Source of the DNA: Rhodospirillales bacterium
GTDB taxonomy: Bacteria > Pseudomonadota > Alphaproteobacteria > UBA828
Reading direction: 5' to 3'
Length of the DNA: 64,000 nt
Assembly (NCBI GenBank): GCA_028818855.1
Contig: JAPPMY010000248.1
Location: forward strand, 26,330 to 90,329
Part shown: positions 20,120 to 29,127 of the stretch, piece by piece
How positions within the stretch are numbered: position 1 is the stretch's first letter
Layout of the letters: every line of letters begins with the position of its first letter
The notes under the pieces: generated by a model
Databases searched by the model: none
The model's input: only the letters and a program-made list of their open reading frames with translations
Told to the model about the DNA's origin: nothing
Made by a program: the position numbers and the translations under genes

Positions 20120-23100
20120 CTACTCCGCGGCGCTGGCCTGGGCCGCGGGCGCGTGGAAGGCGGCGAGCAGCCCGGCCTCGCGCTCCTTCGCGCAGGCGAT
20201 GTTGGCCTCCTTCACGTGGCCGAAGCCCCGCATGGCGAGCGGCACCTCCGCGATCTCCACGGCGAGCCCGTGGTTGTCGGAGCCGAGGCCCGCGATCAGG
20301 GCGCCCACCGTCGCCTCGTACTCGCCGATCAGCGCGCGCTCCCTGCGCCGCTCGGCCGAATAGCCGAAGATGTCGAGCGGCGTCCCCCGCAGGCCCTTGA
20401 GCTTCGCCAGCAGGCGGAAGGCCGTCAGCATCCAGGGGCCGAAGATGCGCTTCCGCAGGTGCCCGGTCTCGGGGTCGCGGCCGGCGATCAGCGGCGGCGC
20501 CAGGTGTAAGCGGAGCCCGAAGCGCCCCTCGAACTGCGCCGCCACCTGGGCCTGGAAGCGGCCGTCGGTATAGAGCCGGGCGACCTCGTACTCGTCCTTG
20601 TAGGCGAGCAGCTTGTGATAGGCGCGGGCGACCGCCTCGGCGAAGCCCTCGCGGCCCGGCGCCTGCGCCCGCTCGGCCTCGCGCGCACGCGCGACCAGGG
20701 CGCGGTAGCGGGAGGCGAGCGCCGTGTCCTGATAGGCCCGCAAGTCCGCCGCGCGGCGCTCGATCGTCGCATCGAGCCCGGCGGGCGCGGGCGGCCTGGG
20801 CAGGGCGCCGGTCCCGGCCGCGGCTGCGGCGACCGCATCCGGGTCGTGCGCGGCGGCGCGACCCCAGCGGAAGGCGCGGACGTTGGCCTCGACCGCGACG
20901 CCGTTGAGCGCGATCGCCTGCTCCAGCGCTTCCGCGCCGAGCGGCACCTGGCCCTGCTGGTAGGCGAAGCCCAGCAGGAACAGGTTGGCGTAGACGGCAT
21001 CGCCGATCAGCGCCGTCGCCATGCGGGTCGCGTCGACCACGTCCAGCGCCTTCGCCGCCCGGCCCACCGTGCGCTCGAGCTGGGCTGCGGGGAAGTCGAG
21101 GTCGGGCGCGCGGGTGAAGTCGCCCGTCGTGATCGGGCCGCCGTTCACCACGGCGTGCGAGCGGCTGCGGTCGAGCCGCGAGACCGCCTCGCCGCTCGCC
21201 GCCACCACGAGGTCCACGCCGAGCAGCAGCCGCGCGCCCCCCACGGCGATCCGCACCGCGTGCAGGTCCTCCGGCCGCTCGGCGATGCGCACGTGGCTGG
21301 TGACGGCGCCGTACTTCTGGGCGAGGCCCGCCTTGTCGAGCACCGTGGCCCCCCGGCCTTCGAGCCGGGCCGCCGTGCCGAGCAGCGCGGCCAGCGTGAC
21401 GATCCCCGTGCCGCCCACGCCTGCGAGCAGGATGCCGTAGGGCTCGGCGCAGGAAGGCCGCACGGGCTCCGGCAGGGCCGCTATGGGCCCGTCGGCGGCG
21501 GCGGGCTTGGGCTTGCGCCGCTCCCCGCCCTTGACCAGCACGAAGCTCGGGCAGAAGCCCTTGATGCACGAGAAATCCTTGTTGCAGGCCGACTGGTCGA
21601 TCGCCCGCTTGCGCCCGAACTCGGTCTCCAGCGGCACCACCGAGAGGCAGTTGGACTGCACGCCGCAGTCGCCGCAGCCCTCGCACACGTCCGGGTTGAT
21701 GATGACCCGCCAGTCCGGGTCCTCCAGCAGCCCGCGCTTGCGCCGGCGCCGCTTCTCGGTCGCGCACATCTGGTCGTAGACGATGGCGGACACGCCCTCC
21801 CATTCGCGCAGGTCGCGCTGCACACCGTCCAGCTCGTCCCGGTGATGGATGGTGACGCCGTCGGCGAACTGCCCGTCGAAGGGGTATTTCTCCGGCTGGT
21901 CGGTGACCACGGCGATGCGGCCCACGCCCTCCGCCTGGATCTGCCGGGTCACGCGCTGCACCGTGAGCGGCCCGTCCATGGGCTGGCCGCCGGTCATCGC
22001 CACGGCGTCGTTGTAGAGGATCTTGTAGGTCATGTTGACGCCGGCGGCGACGGCGGCGCGGATCGCGAGCGAGCCGGAGTGGAAGTAGGTGCCGTCGCCG
22101 ATGTTCTGGAAGATGTGCTTCGTCTCGGTGAAGGGCGCCTGGCCGATCCAGTTGGCGCCCTCGCCCCCCATGTGGGTGTAGGTGTCGGTCTCCCGGTCCA
22201 TCCACTGCACCATGTAGTGGCAGCCGATGCCGGAGAGCGCGCGGCTCCCCTCAGGGAGCTTGGTCGAGGAGTTGTGCGGGCAGCCCGAGCAGAAGTAGGG
22301 CACGCGCTCCATCGCCGCAGGCTCGCCGGCGGCGCTCTCGGCCGCGCGTGCGCGGAGCCGGGCGAGGCGGGCCTCGATGCCCTCGTCCGGGCCGAGGCCC
22401 AGCAGCCGGGCGGCCAGCGTCTGCGCCACGCCGCCGGGGTCCAGCTCTCCGGAAGCTCGAAGCAGCGGCCGCCCCTCCTCGTCGCAGGTGCCGACGACGC
22501 GGGGCCGCGCGCTCGCGGGCAGGTTGTAGAGAACCTCCTTGATCTGGTTCTCGATGAAGTCCCGCTTCTCTTCGACGACCAGGATCTCGTCGAGCCCGCC
22601 GGCGAAGCGCCTGATGCCGTCGGGCTCCAGCGGCCAGCTCATGCCGACCTTGTAGAGGGCGATGCCGAGCCGCCGCGCCGTCCCCTCGTCGATGCCGAGG
22701 TCGTCCAGCGCCTGGCGCACGTCGAGGTAGGACTTGCCGGTGGTCACGATGCCGAGCCGCCGCCCCGGCCCGTCGATCACCGTGCGGTCGAGCCCGTTCG
22801 CGCGCGCGTACGCGCGGGCCGCGTCGAGCTTGTGCTCCAGCAGCCGCTCCTCCATCGCAAGCGGCGTGTCCGGCCAGCGGATGTTGAGCCCGCCCTCGGG
22901 CAGCACGTGATCCTCCGGCGTGCGGATGGTCACCCGGTGCGGGTCCACGGAGACGATTGCCGAGCTGTCCACGGTCTCGGCGATGCAGATGAAGCCCACC
23001 CAGAGCCCGGCGTAGCGCGAGAGCCCCCAGCCGTGGAGGCCGAAGTCCAGGAACTCCTGCACGCCCGCCGGGTTGATCACCGGCATGGTGGCGCTCATGA

Positions 23101-23587
23101 AGTCGAACTCGCTCTGGTGCGCGGTGGTGGACGACGCGCACACGTGGTCGTCGCCGGCGAGCGCGAGCACGCCGCCGTGCGCCGCCGTGCCCGCGAGGTT
23201 GGCGTGCTTGAACACGTCCATGGTGCGGTCGACGCCCGGCCCCTTGCCGTACCAGATGGAGAAGACGCCGTCGTGCTTCGCGCCGGGGAAGAGCCCCACC
23301 TGCTGCGTGCCCCAGAGCGCTGTCGCCGCCGTGTCCTCGTTCACGCCCGGCTGGAAATGCACGCGGTGCTTCTCGACGAACTGCTTCGCCTGCCAGAGCG
23401 CGCGGTCGAAGTTGCCGAGCGGCGAGCCCCGGTAGCCCGAGATCATGCAGGCGGTATCGAGGCCCGCCGCCTTGTCGCGCAGGTGCTGCATCATCGGCAG
23501 CCTGACCAGCGCCTGGGTGCCGGTCATGTAGACCTCGCCCGACCAGGCGGCGTACTTGTCGTCGAGTGTGACCGCGGCAAGCGTCAT
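20120..23587 (-). CDS. indolepyruvate:ferredoxin oxidoreductase family protein (fused alpha/beta, about 1155 aa)
   Basis: ORF 20120..23635 trimmed to ATG 23585-23587 (MTLAAVTLDDKYAAWSGEVYMTGTQALVRLPM). TPP-binding region GCHYMVQWMDR...GGEGANWIG...GDGTYFHSG. Cys cluster CEGCGDCGVQSNC. Confidence 0.92.
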   Translation of the reverse strand: MTLAAVTLDDKYAAWSGEVYMTGTQALVRLPMMQHLRDKAAGLDTACMISGYRGSPLGNFDRALWQAKQFVEKHRVHFQPGVNEDTAATALWGTQQVGLFPGAKHDGVFSIWYGKGPGVDRTMDVFKHANLAGTAAHGGVLALAGDDHVCASSTTAHQSEFDFMSATMPVINPAGVQEFLDFGLHGWGLSRYAGLWVGFICIAETVDSSAIVSVDPHRVTIRTPEDHVLPEGGLNIRWPDTPLAMEERLLEHKLDAARAYARANGLDRTVIDGPGRRLGIVTTGKSYLDVRQALDDLGIDEGTARRLGIALYKVGMSWPLEPDGIRRFAGGLDEILVVEEKRDFIENQIKEVLYNLPASARPRVVGTCDEEGRPLLRASGELDPGGVAQTLAARLLGLGPDEGIEARLARLRARAAESAAGEPAAMERVPYFCSGCPHNSSTKLPEGSRALSGIGCHYMVQWMDRETDTYTHMGGEGANWIGQAPFTETKHIFQNIGDGTYFHSGSLAIRAAVAAGVNMTYKILYNDAVAMTGGQPMDGPLTVQRVTRQIQAEGVGRIAVVTDQPEKYPFDGQFADGVTIHHRDELDGVQRDLREWEGVSAIVYDQMCATEKRRRRKRGLLEDPDWRVIINPDVCEGCGDCGVQSNCLSVVPLETEFGRKRAIDQSACNKDFSCIKGFCPSFVLVKGGERRKPKPAAADGPIAALPEPVRPSCAEPYGILLAGVGGTGIVTLAALLGTAARLEGRGATVLDKAGLAQKYGAVTSHVRIAERPEDLHAVRIAVGGARLLLGVDLVVAASGEAVSRLDRSRSHAVVNGGPITTGDFTRAPDLDFPAAQLERTVGRAAKALDVVDATRMATALIGDAVYANLFLLGFAYQQGQVPLGAEALEQAIALNGVAVEANVRAFRWGRAAAHDPDAVAAAAAGTGALPRPPAPAGLDATIERRAADLRAYQDTALASRYRALVARAREAERAQAPGREGFAEAVARAYHKLLAYKDEYEVARLYTDGRFQAQVAAQFEGRFGLRLHLAPPLIAGRDPETGHLRKRIFGPWMLTAFRLLAKLKGLRGTPLDIFGYSAERRRERALIGEYEATVGALIAGLGSDNHGLAVEIAEVPLAMRGFGHVKEANIACAKEREAGLLAAFHAPAAQASAAE

Positions 23588-23739
23588 CGCTATTCCTGTC
23601 CTCAGCGTCCGGCTCTTCTTGGGGCTAGGCCGCAAGCGGCGGCCGAGGCTCCCACGGCCGCGCCGCCATCATACCCCATGCCCCCCCGTCCGCGCGAAGT
23701 GGCGGCGTAACCCGCGCTCGTGCCCGCCTAATTTTATGT

Positions 23740-23809
23740 GAGATAAGCCGAGATATTCCGAGACAAAGCGAGACAAGGCGAGACAAAGTGAGACAAAGTG
23801 AGATGGCGG
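23740..23809. repeat. seven head-to-tail 10-bp direct repeats (GAGAYAxxxx)
   Basis: GAGATAAGCC GAGATATTCC GAGACAAAGC GAGACAAGGC GAGACAAAGT GAGACAAAGT GAGATGGCGG. GAGA recurs exactly every 10 bp. Locally AT-rich. The array ends 10 bp from the stop of the gp27-like gene. Confidence 0.9.
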
Positions 23810-23819
23810 GAAAGCGCCC

Positions 23820-24404
23820 TCATTCGCCCTCCGCATCCTGCGCCTTCATTCGGTGACGGGCCTCGGCGACGGCGTCCTCGCACGCGCTCGGGTCCTCGAT
23901 GCCCCAATAGCCCTCCACGGCGGCGCGGATGTGGGCGACGGTGTCGGGCGAGAGTCCCTTCCCCTGCCGCGCCGGCCCGTGGCGCCCGGCGGCCTTGCGC
24001 TCGCCCTCGCGGTCAGCGGCCTTCTGCCGCGCCGCATCGGCCTTGCCGGCGTTCTCGATGCGCCCGATGGCGAGCGCGAGCCCGCCGATCTGCTGGATAT
24101 CGGGCGGCGGCTTGCCCTTCTCGACCGCGGTCGCGGCGCGCGTGACGAGACCCCGGAGCGTCTCCAGCGCGTGCTGCGCGTTGCCGCCCTCGGGGCGCTC
24201 GCCGGGATCGTCGTCCTCGGCCTGGCGCTGCAGCGCTGCGCGGTTCCTCGTGGCGTAGCGGCCGACGGCCGCGCGCGAGCAGGTGCCGCCTTGCGCCCGC
24301 ATCCGCCGGGTGATCTCGTCGACGGTATCGCCGTCCCGGATCGCCGCGTGCACCTCCGCCAGAATCTTCGCCGGCAGGCGCTCGACCTCCGAGCGGCCCG
24401 TCAT
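23820..24404 (-). CDS. DUF3486 / phage Mu gp27-like protein (putative small-terminase-like DNA-binding protein)
   Basis: ORF 23820..25109 trimmed to ATG 24402-24404. MTGRSEVERLPAKILAEVHAAIRDGDTVDEITRRMRAQGGTCSRAAVGRYATRNRAAL matches the N-terminal HTH pattern recalled for the Mu gp27/DUF3486 family. 194 aa is the typical length. Confidence 0.65.
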   Translation of the reverse strand: MTGRSEVERLPAKILAEVHAAIRDGDTVDEITRRMRAQGGTCSRAAVGRYATRNRAALQRQAEDDDPGERPEGGNAQHALETLRGLVTRAATAVEKGKPPPDIQQIGGLALAIGRIENAGKADAARQKAADREGERKAAGRHGPARQGKGLSPDTVAHIRAAVEGYWGIEDPSACEDAVAEARHRMKAQDAEGE

Positions 24405-24541
24405 CGGATGGCCCGCCGCAAATGCGCCCGCCTGCCGGTCACTCGGGAGCCGTCGCCCACACACCGCATCCCAAGAGACTGCCCCGCCCTGCCCCGGCCC
24501 GCCACCGCACCATGGTCCGGTGCCCGGCCTCCCGGCCGGCG

Positions 24542-25045
24542 CTATCTCTGCCAGGTGCAGTCCGCGAGCGTGGCGACCCAGTTGTCCGGCAGGTAGCCGA
24601 CCTCGTAGGTGCAGCTCCCGCCGATGCCGGCGTAGACGCCGGTGCCGCCCAGGATCTCCAAGGTGCCAGGCCCGCCGCCGCCGGTCTCGACGTTGCCTGA
24701 GCGCCGTTTCGAGTGGCTGTACCACGTGTCGCCCGAGGGCGCGGTCACCGTGCAGGGGGCGTCGAGATCGATGCCGGCCTCCGTGCTTCTCGCGAAGACC
24801 ACGCACGTGATGCGCTGATGCGTGCCCGCGACGAAGGGGCCGCCGCTGCTCTCGAGGACGGTGATCGAGCCCTCGCTCGGCCCGCCGGTGTAGCGCACAT
24901 CGCCGTGCTCGATGGTGGTGTAGTCCTGCAAGAAGGTGCGGATGATGCGGAAGCTGCCGCCCTCGTCGGCCGCCGCGGCCCATGCCGCGGACAGCATCCC
25001 TGCTCCGGCGGTCAGCGCCGCAGCCATTCTCGTCACCGAAGCCAT
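24542..25045 (-). CDS. hypothetical small secreted protein (167 aa, 4 Cys)
   Basis: ORF 24542..25513 trimmed to ATG 25043-25045 after GAGGGCAGGG. Signal peptide MAAALTAGAGMLSAAWAAAA. Balanced, non-shadow amino-acid composition. No family recognised. Confidence 0.5.
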   Translation of the reverse strand: MASVTRMAAALTAGAGMLSAAWAAAADEGGSFRIIRTFLQDYTTIEHGDVRYTGGPSEGSITVLESSGGPFVAGTHQRITCVVFARSTEAGIDLDAPCTVTAPSGDTWYSHSKRRSGNVETGGGGPGTLEILGGTGVYAGIGGSCTYEVGYLPDNWVATLADCTWQR

Positions 25046-25180
25046 CCCTGCCCTCGCCCGTCGGGTGATCGGTGGCCGGATGGTAAGAGCCGGAACGCCA
25101 CCGGCGCAACCGGCGCGGTGTCTTGTGCGGGGAGCTGGAGCGCTTTTCGGCCAGACGGAATCGCGACAGCCCAAAGGACT

Positions 25181-25290
25181 CCCACCTCCCCCTGTCCCCC
25201 TCCTCCCAGGAGGAGGGGGAACGCTAGCCTCGCCAGCCTTTTCTCCCTCTCCTCCCCACCGGGGAGGAGAGGGACGGGGTGAGGTGGGGG
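25181..25290 (+). repeat. nested-palindrome intergenic repeat element, copy A (REP/RIME/MITE-like)
   Basis: Outer arms CCCACCTCCCC...GGGGTGAGGTGGG. Hairpin 1: CCCCCTCCTCC-CA-GGAGGAGGGGG. Hairpin 2: TCCCTCTCCTCCCC-ACC-GGGGAGGAGAGGGA. Near-identical to 34295..34401. GAACGTGCGG is shared at offset about 140 in both copies. Confidence 0.85.
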
Positions 25291-25361
25291 TATCGGGCCG
25301 CACCGCGTTCAAGGTGAAGAACGTGCGGAGCCGGGTCTGATCGCGTTCGGTCCGATGTTGC

Positions 25362-26357
25362 TTAGAACTCGAAGCGGAGCGCCGCGAGCAGCGCGTGGGT
25401 CCGGTGGTCGGCGGCGGTCTCGTTGATCGGCACCCGGATCTCCCGCCGGGTTCCGTCCTCCCGGTAGCGCACGATGACGATGTCGCCGGTATCGGTGCGT
25501 ATCTCTCCCGCATCGGTATAGCGGTAGCTCAGGTCGAAGAGGATGCTGCCGCCGATCGGGATCGCAACCCCGGCGGTCAGCATCCAGGTGAAGTTCTGGC
25601 CGCGTCCTCCGGGGAGCGCGGTGAAGGGTATCGCGCCGCCCGGTCCCCGGCGCAGGGAGCGCGCCGGATCGTCCGGTTCGGGAAAGCGCTGAACGTAGCC
25701 GCTCAGGCGGTAGTCCGTGACCCCGAGACCGGCGCCCAGAAAGGGCCGCGCCCGGCAGCCCGGCGCGATCTCCCATCCCGGAAAATCGTGGAAGGCGGCG
25801 AGCAGGAGCTGCCGGGTGTCCACTCTCGCCTGGGACGGCTGACGTTCGCCCGAGGCCCGGTAGTTGGTGCTGCCCCGCCAGTCGAGATCACGGGCCAGGC
25901 CGAATTCCAGTTGGGCGCGCAAGCGGTATGGCAGGCGGACCCCCGCCGCCAGATGAAGCCCTGGGCCGTCGTCGACCGCGCCGGCATCGAAGAGTTCCTC
26001 GTTCCCGTAGAGCGCGGCATGGCCCGCGTCCTCGCCATCGGCGAAGCGGGTGTCCTGCGAGCGGACCAGGGCCACGCCCACGCTGAAGTACGGGGCGCTC
26101 AGGAGGGCGTCCGTCCGCGCGGCGGGGGGAGCGCTCTCGGATGCCGGAGACTGCTCCGACGCCGCAGCGGGCCCGCCCTGGACCGCCAGGAGCCCCAGCA
26201 GCGCGAGGAGGGAGAGGACCGCCGTCCGAATTCCGGCGCGGCAAGCCCGATACGTGGCCGCCCCGCGTTCGTCGTCCCTTCCCCGGCGTCCGCAATCCTG
26301 ACGGGCAGGGTCCGGGACGAGGGCCGGCCCGATCGGCTCGCTGCGGCTCTCGAACAT
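25362..26357 (-). CDS. outer-membrane beta-barrel protein (OmpA-like/porin-family barrel)
   Basis: ORF trimmed to ATG 26355-26357 after GGAGGAG. Signal peptide AVLSLLALLGLLAVQGGPAAA. Alternating amphipathic strands. Terminal aromatic signature ...LLAALRFEF. Confidence 0.7.
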   Translation of the reverse strand: MFESRSEPIGPALVPDPARQDCGRRGRDDERGAATYRACRAGIRTAVLSLLALLGLLAVQGGPAAASEQSPASESAPPAARTDALLSAPYFSVGVALVRSQDTRFADGEDAGHAALYGNEELFDAGAVDDGPGLHLAAGVRLPYRLRAQLEFGLARDLDWRGSTNYRASGERQPSQARVDTRQLLLAAFHDFPGWEIAPGCRARPFLGAGLGVTDYRLSGYVQRFPEPDDPARSLRRGPGGAIPFTALPGGRGQNFTWMLTAGVAIPIGGSILFDLSYRYTDAGEIRTDTGDIVIVRYREDGTRREIRVPINETAADHRTHALLAALRFEF

Positions 26358-26593
26358 GCTATCGCTCCTCCGTTTCCGGCGCGGGTTCGCGGTGCGGCGG
26401 GACGCGCCCTCCCCGGAACCCACTCTGGGCCATGCCGCCGCGATTTTCGAGCGGCACTCTACAGCGACGACCCGCCTGCCCGCTCACCCCCTCGCCTTGC
26501 TTGGCCTGCGGCCCATGACGCATACTCGCCGGCCGTGAGCGGGCGCCGGCGGCGCGATGACGCCGCAGGGCGCCCCGCAAGCCACTCAGGGAG

Positions 26594-28168
26594 ATGACGA
26601 TGTATCCGAGAGCTGTTCTGGCAGCCGGCGTGCTCGGCGCGTTCGGCGTGGCCGCGACCATGCCCGCCTTCGCGGCGACCGACTACGTCGCGAAGTACGG
26701 GATCAAGCAAGACCATCCGGGCATCTGTTCCTACGAGTCCACCGACGCGAAGGACTACACCGGGCACGAGATCACCATCCTGACCCACGCCGTGCCGGTG
26801 ATGGGCGAGCCGGTGGCGCTGCACTCCAAGCAGTTCGAGGAGCTGACCGGCGGCACCGTCAACGTGGTGCACGCCCCCTTCGGCGAGCTCTACCAGAAGG
26901 TGATGATCCCCTTCCAGACCGGCCAGCACGTCTACGACATCGTCTACGGCGGGTCGTACTGGATCGGCGACTGGGCGCCGCATCTGGCTGCCGTGCCCCA
27001 GAAATACCTCGACACCGACGAGATGAAGGACATCACGCCGGCCTACCAGGGCGTCGCAAGCTGGAACGGCGAGCGCCTGCAGTACACCTTCGACGGCGAC
27101 CGCAACTACTTCAAGTACATCCTGCCGCCCTTCGAGGACGCCGACAACCAGGCCAAGTTCAAGGCCGAGTACGGCCGCGATCTCGCGGTGCCGACGACCT
27201 GGGAGGAATACGCCGAGGTCGCCACCTTCTTCAGCGGCTGGGACTGGGACGGCGACGGCGAGCTGGAGTACGGCTCCACCGAGATCGTCAAGCGCGACGA
27301 CGTGGCCTTCGCCAACTTCATCACCCGCGTCGCCTCCTACGCCAAGAACCCCAACGTCACCGGCGGCTTCTGGTTCGATCTCGAGACCATGACCCCGCAG
27401 GTCAACAACCCGGGCTTCGTCAAGGGGCTGGAGATGTGGATGGACGCGCTCCGCTACATGCCGCCCGGCGGGATCAACTTCGGCATCGGCGAGGAGATCT
27501 TCTCCTGGGGCGGCGGTGAGTCGCTGATGAGCGTCACCTGGGACGACGCCTTCATCCAGGCGATGCAGCCGGATTCGCCGATCCGCAACAAGATCCGCGT
27601 CGGCACCGAGTACGGCCCCTCCATGGGCTCGCACAAGGTGTGGAACCGGGTCAGCGGCCAGTGGGACGAGTTCGAGACCCCCTCGGTCGCCCCCTACGTG
27701 ACCTGGGGCTGGGGCGCCGGCGTCTCCAAGTACAGCGAAGAGCAGGAGATGGCGTTCGACTGGTTCTGCTTCTTCTCGAACTACGCCAACACCAACCACG
27801 ACCTGCTGATCGGCCGCTTCGGCGTCAATCCCTTCCGCACCAGCCACATGGACCCGGACTACTGGGAGCAGGAGGCCGGCTGGGATCGCGCGGTGGCCGA
27901 GAGCTTCACCACCATGCTGCAGGGCATGGACACCAGCACCAACCGCGTGTTCGACCTGCGCGTGCCCGGCGTCAACCAGTTCTACACCGCCATGATGGCG
28001 GGCGTCGCCAAGGCGATGGCGGGCGAGATGACGGCCCAGGACGCGCTTGACGAGGTCGCCGAGGAGTGGACGCGCATCGCGGACCGCATCGGCGTCGACG
28101 TCATCCGCCAAGCCTACAGGAACGTCGTCGCGCTCGAGGACAACGTGCCGCTGGATCAGGTCCAGTAA
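26594..28168 (+). CDS. ABC transporter substrate-binding protein (family 1, sugar/polyol type)
   Basis: 524 aa with signal peptide AGVLGAFGVAATMPAFAA. Large SBP_bac_1-like protein, first gene of an SBP-TMD-TMD-ATPase operon. Alternative ATG at 26600 has better SD spacing. Confidence 0.85.
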   Translation: MTMYPRAVLAAGVLGAFGVAATMPAFAATDYVAKYGIKQDHPGICSYESTDAKDYTGHEITILTHAVPVMGEPVALHSKQFEELTGGTVNVVHAPFGELYQKVMIPFQTGQHVYDIVYGGSYWIGDWAPHLAAVPQKYLDTDEMKDITPAYQGVASWNGERLQYTFDGDRNYFKYILPPFEDADNQAKFKAEYGRDLAVPTTWEEYAEVATFFSGWDWDGDGELEYGSTEIVKRDDVAFANFITRVASYAKNPNVTGGFWFDLETMTPQVNNPGFVKGLEMWMDALRYMPPGGINFGIGEEIFSWGGGESLMSVTWDDAFIQAMQPDSPIRNKIRVGTEYGPSMGSHKVWNRVSGQWDEFETPSVAPYVTWGWGAGVSKYSEEQEMAFDWFCFFSNYANTNHDLLIGRFGVNPFRTSHMDPDYWEQEAGWDRAVAESFTTMLQGMDTSTNRVFDLRVPGVNQFYTAMMAGVAKAMAGEMTAQDALDEVAEEWTRIADRIGVDVIRQAYRNVVALEDNVPLDQVQ

Positions 28169-28242
28169 CCATCGGGACGAACCTCGGACCTCGCTTGAGA
28201 AGACCGGCGGGCTGAGGCCCGCCGGTCGTTCTTTCCCCCGCC

Positions 28243-29127
28243 ATGCTGGACTCGCGCTACAAGCACGTCTTTCTGCTTCCGGCGCTTCTCGCGCTGGTCG
28301 CGATCATCATCTTTCCGCTCATCTACACGGTGCGCCTCAGCCTCTCGGGCTGGGACGTGAACTTCCCCGAGCTCGACTACATCGGCTGGGACAACTACGC
28401 CCGCGCCATCGCCGACGGGCGCTTCTGGGATTCCATGGGCACCCTCTACCTGATGGTGCTGCTCTGCGTGGTCTTCGAATACATCCTCGGATTCGGCCTC
28501 GCGCTCATGCTCTGGAAGGAGGTGAAGGCCGGCCGCTTCTTCCGCGTGCTCTTCATCGTGCCGATGTGCGTGACGCCGGTGGTGATGGCGGTGGTCTGGC
28601 GCACCATCTTCCACGAGACGCTGGGGCCCATGAACGACGTGCTGAGCTGGTTCGGCATCCCGGGCGTGCCCTGGCTCAGCAAGTCCGGCCCCGCCTTCGC
28701 CGCGGTCGTCATCATCGACGTCTGGCAGTGGACCTCCTTCATGTTCATCCTGCTGCTGGCGGGGCTGATGTCGCTGCCGCGCGAGCCCTACGAGGCGGCG
28801 CAGATCGACGGCGCCGGGCCGATCCGCACCTTCGTCCACGTGACCTTCCCGCTGATGGCGCCGATCACGCTGGGCGCGCTCATCATCCGTCTGATCGAAT
28901 CCTCCAAGCTGATGGAGACCATCTATGCGCTGACCTCCGGCGGGCCGGGTTCGTCGACCGAGACCACGAGCTACCTGCTCTACATCCGGGGCCTGCGCGA
29001 GTTCCAGATCGGCTACACCGCCTCGCTCTCGATCATCTATCTCGCGATCATGATCATTGCGCTCACCATCTTCGCCCGCTCGCTGAGCCGGCTCATGATC
29101 GGCCGGCAGGGGCCGGTGCGGGCATGA
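28243..29127 (+). CDS. carbohydrate ABC transporter permease (MalF/UgpA-like)
   Basis: 294 aa, 6 TM segments. EAA loop: EPYEAAQIDGAGPIRTFVHVTFPLMAP. Confidence 0.9.
   Translation: MLDSRYKHVFLLPALLALVAIIIFPLIYTVRLSLSGWDVNFPELDYIGWDNYARAIADGRFWDSMGTLYLMVLLCVVFEYILGFGLALMLWKEVKAGRFFRVLFIVPMCVTPVVMAVVWRTIFHETLGPMNDVLSWFGIPGVPWLSKSGPAFAAVVIIDVWQWTSFMFILLLAGLMSLPREPYEAAQIDGAGPIRTFVHVTFPLMAPITLGALIIRLIESSKLMETIYALTSGGPGSSTETTSYLLYIRGLREFQIGYTASLSIIYLAIMIIALTIFARSLSRLMIGRQGPVRA

Noticed and set aside
20615-23710. 1031-aa plus-strand ORF opposite the indolepyruvate oxidoreductase gene
   Set aside because: It is a GC-driven antisense ORF (Arg/Ala/Gly/Pro/His-rich). The minus-strand frame has TPP-binding and Fe-S motifs over its full length.
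23740-23809. The 10-bp repeat array as a CRISPR array or coding microsatellite
   Set aside because: The units are contiguous with no spacers and far shorter than CRISPR repeats, and there are no cas genes. The ORFs crossing the array are short and start in non-coding context.
25196-25220. GGAGGAGGGGG as a strong ribosome-binding site for a hidden small ORF
   Set aside because: The purine run is the 3' arm of a palindrome present identically in both element copies. No conserved start codon or ORF follows it at SD spacing in either copy.
23820-26357. Prophage or GTA remnant island
   Set aside because: Only one phage-like gene (DUF3486) is present. There is no integrase, terminase large subunit, portal, capsid or att-like tRNA flank. 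GC content appears host-like apart from the short repeat patch.
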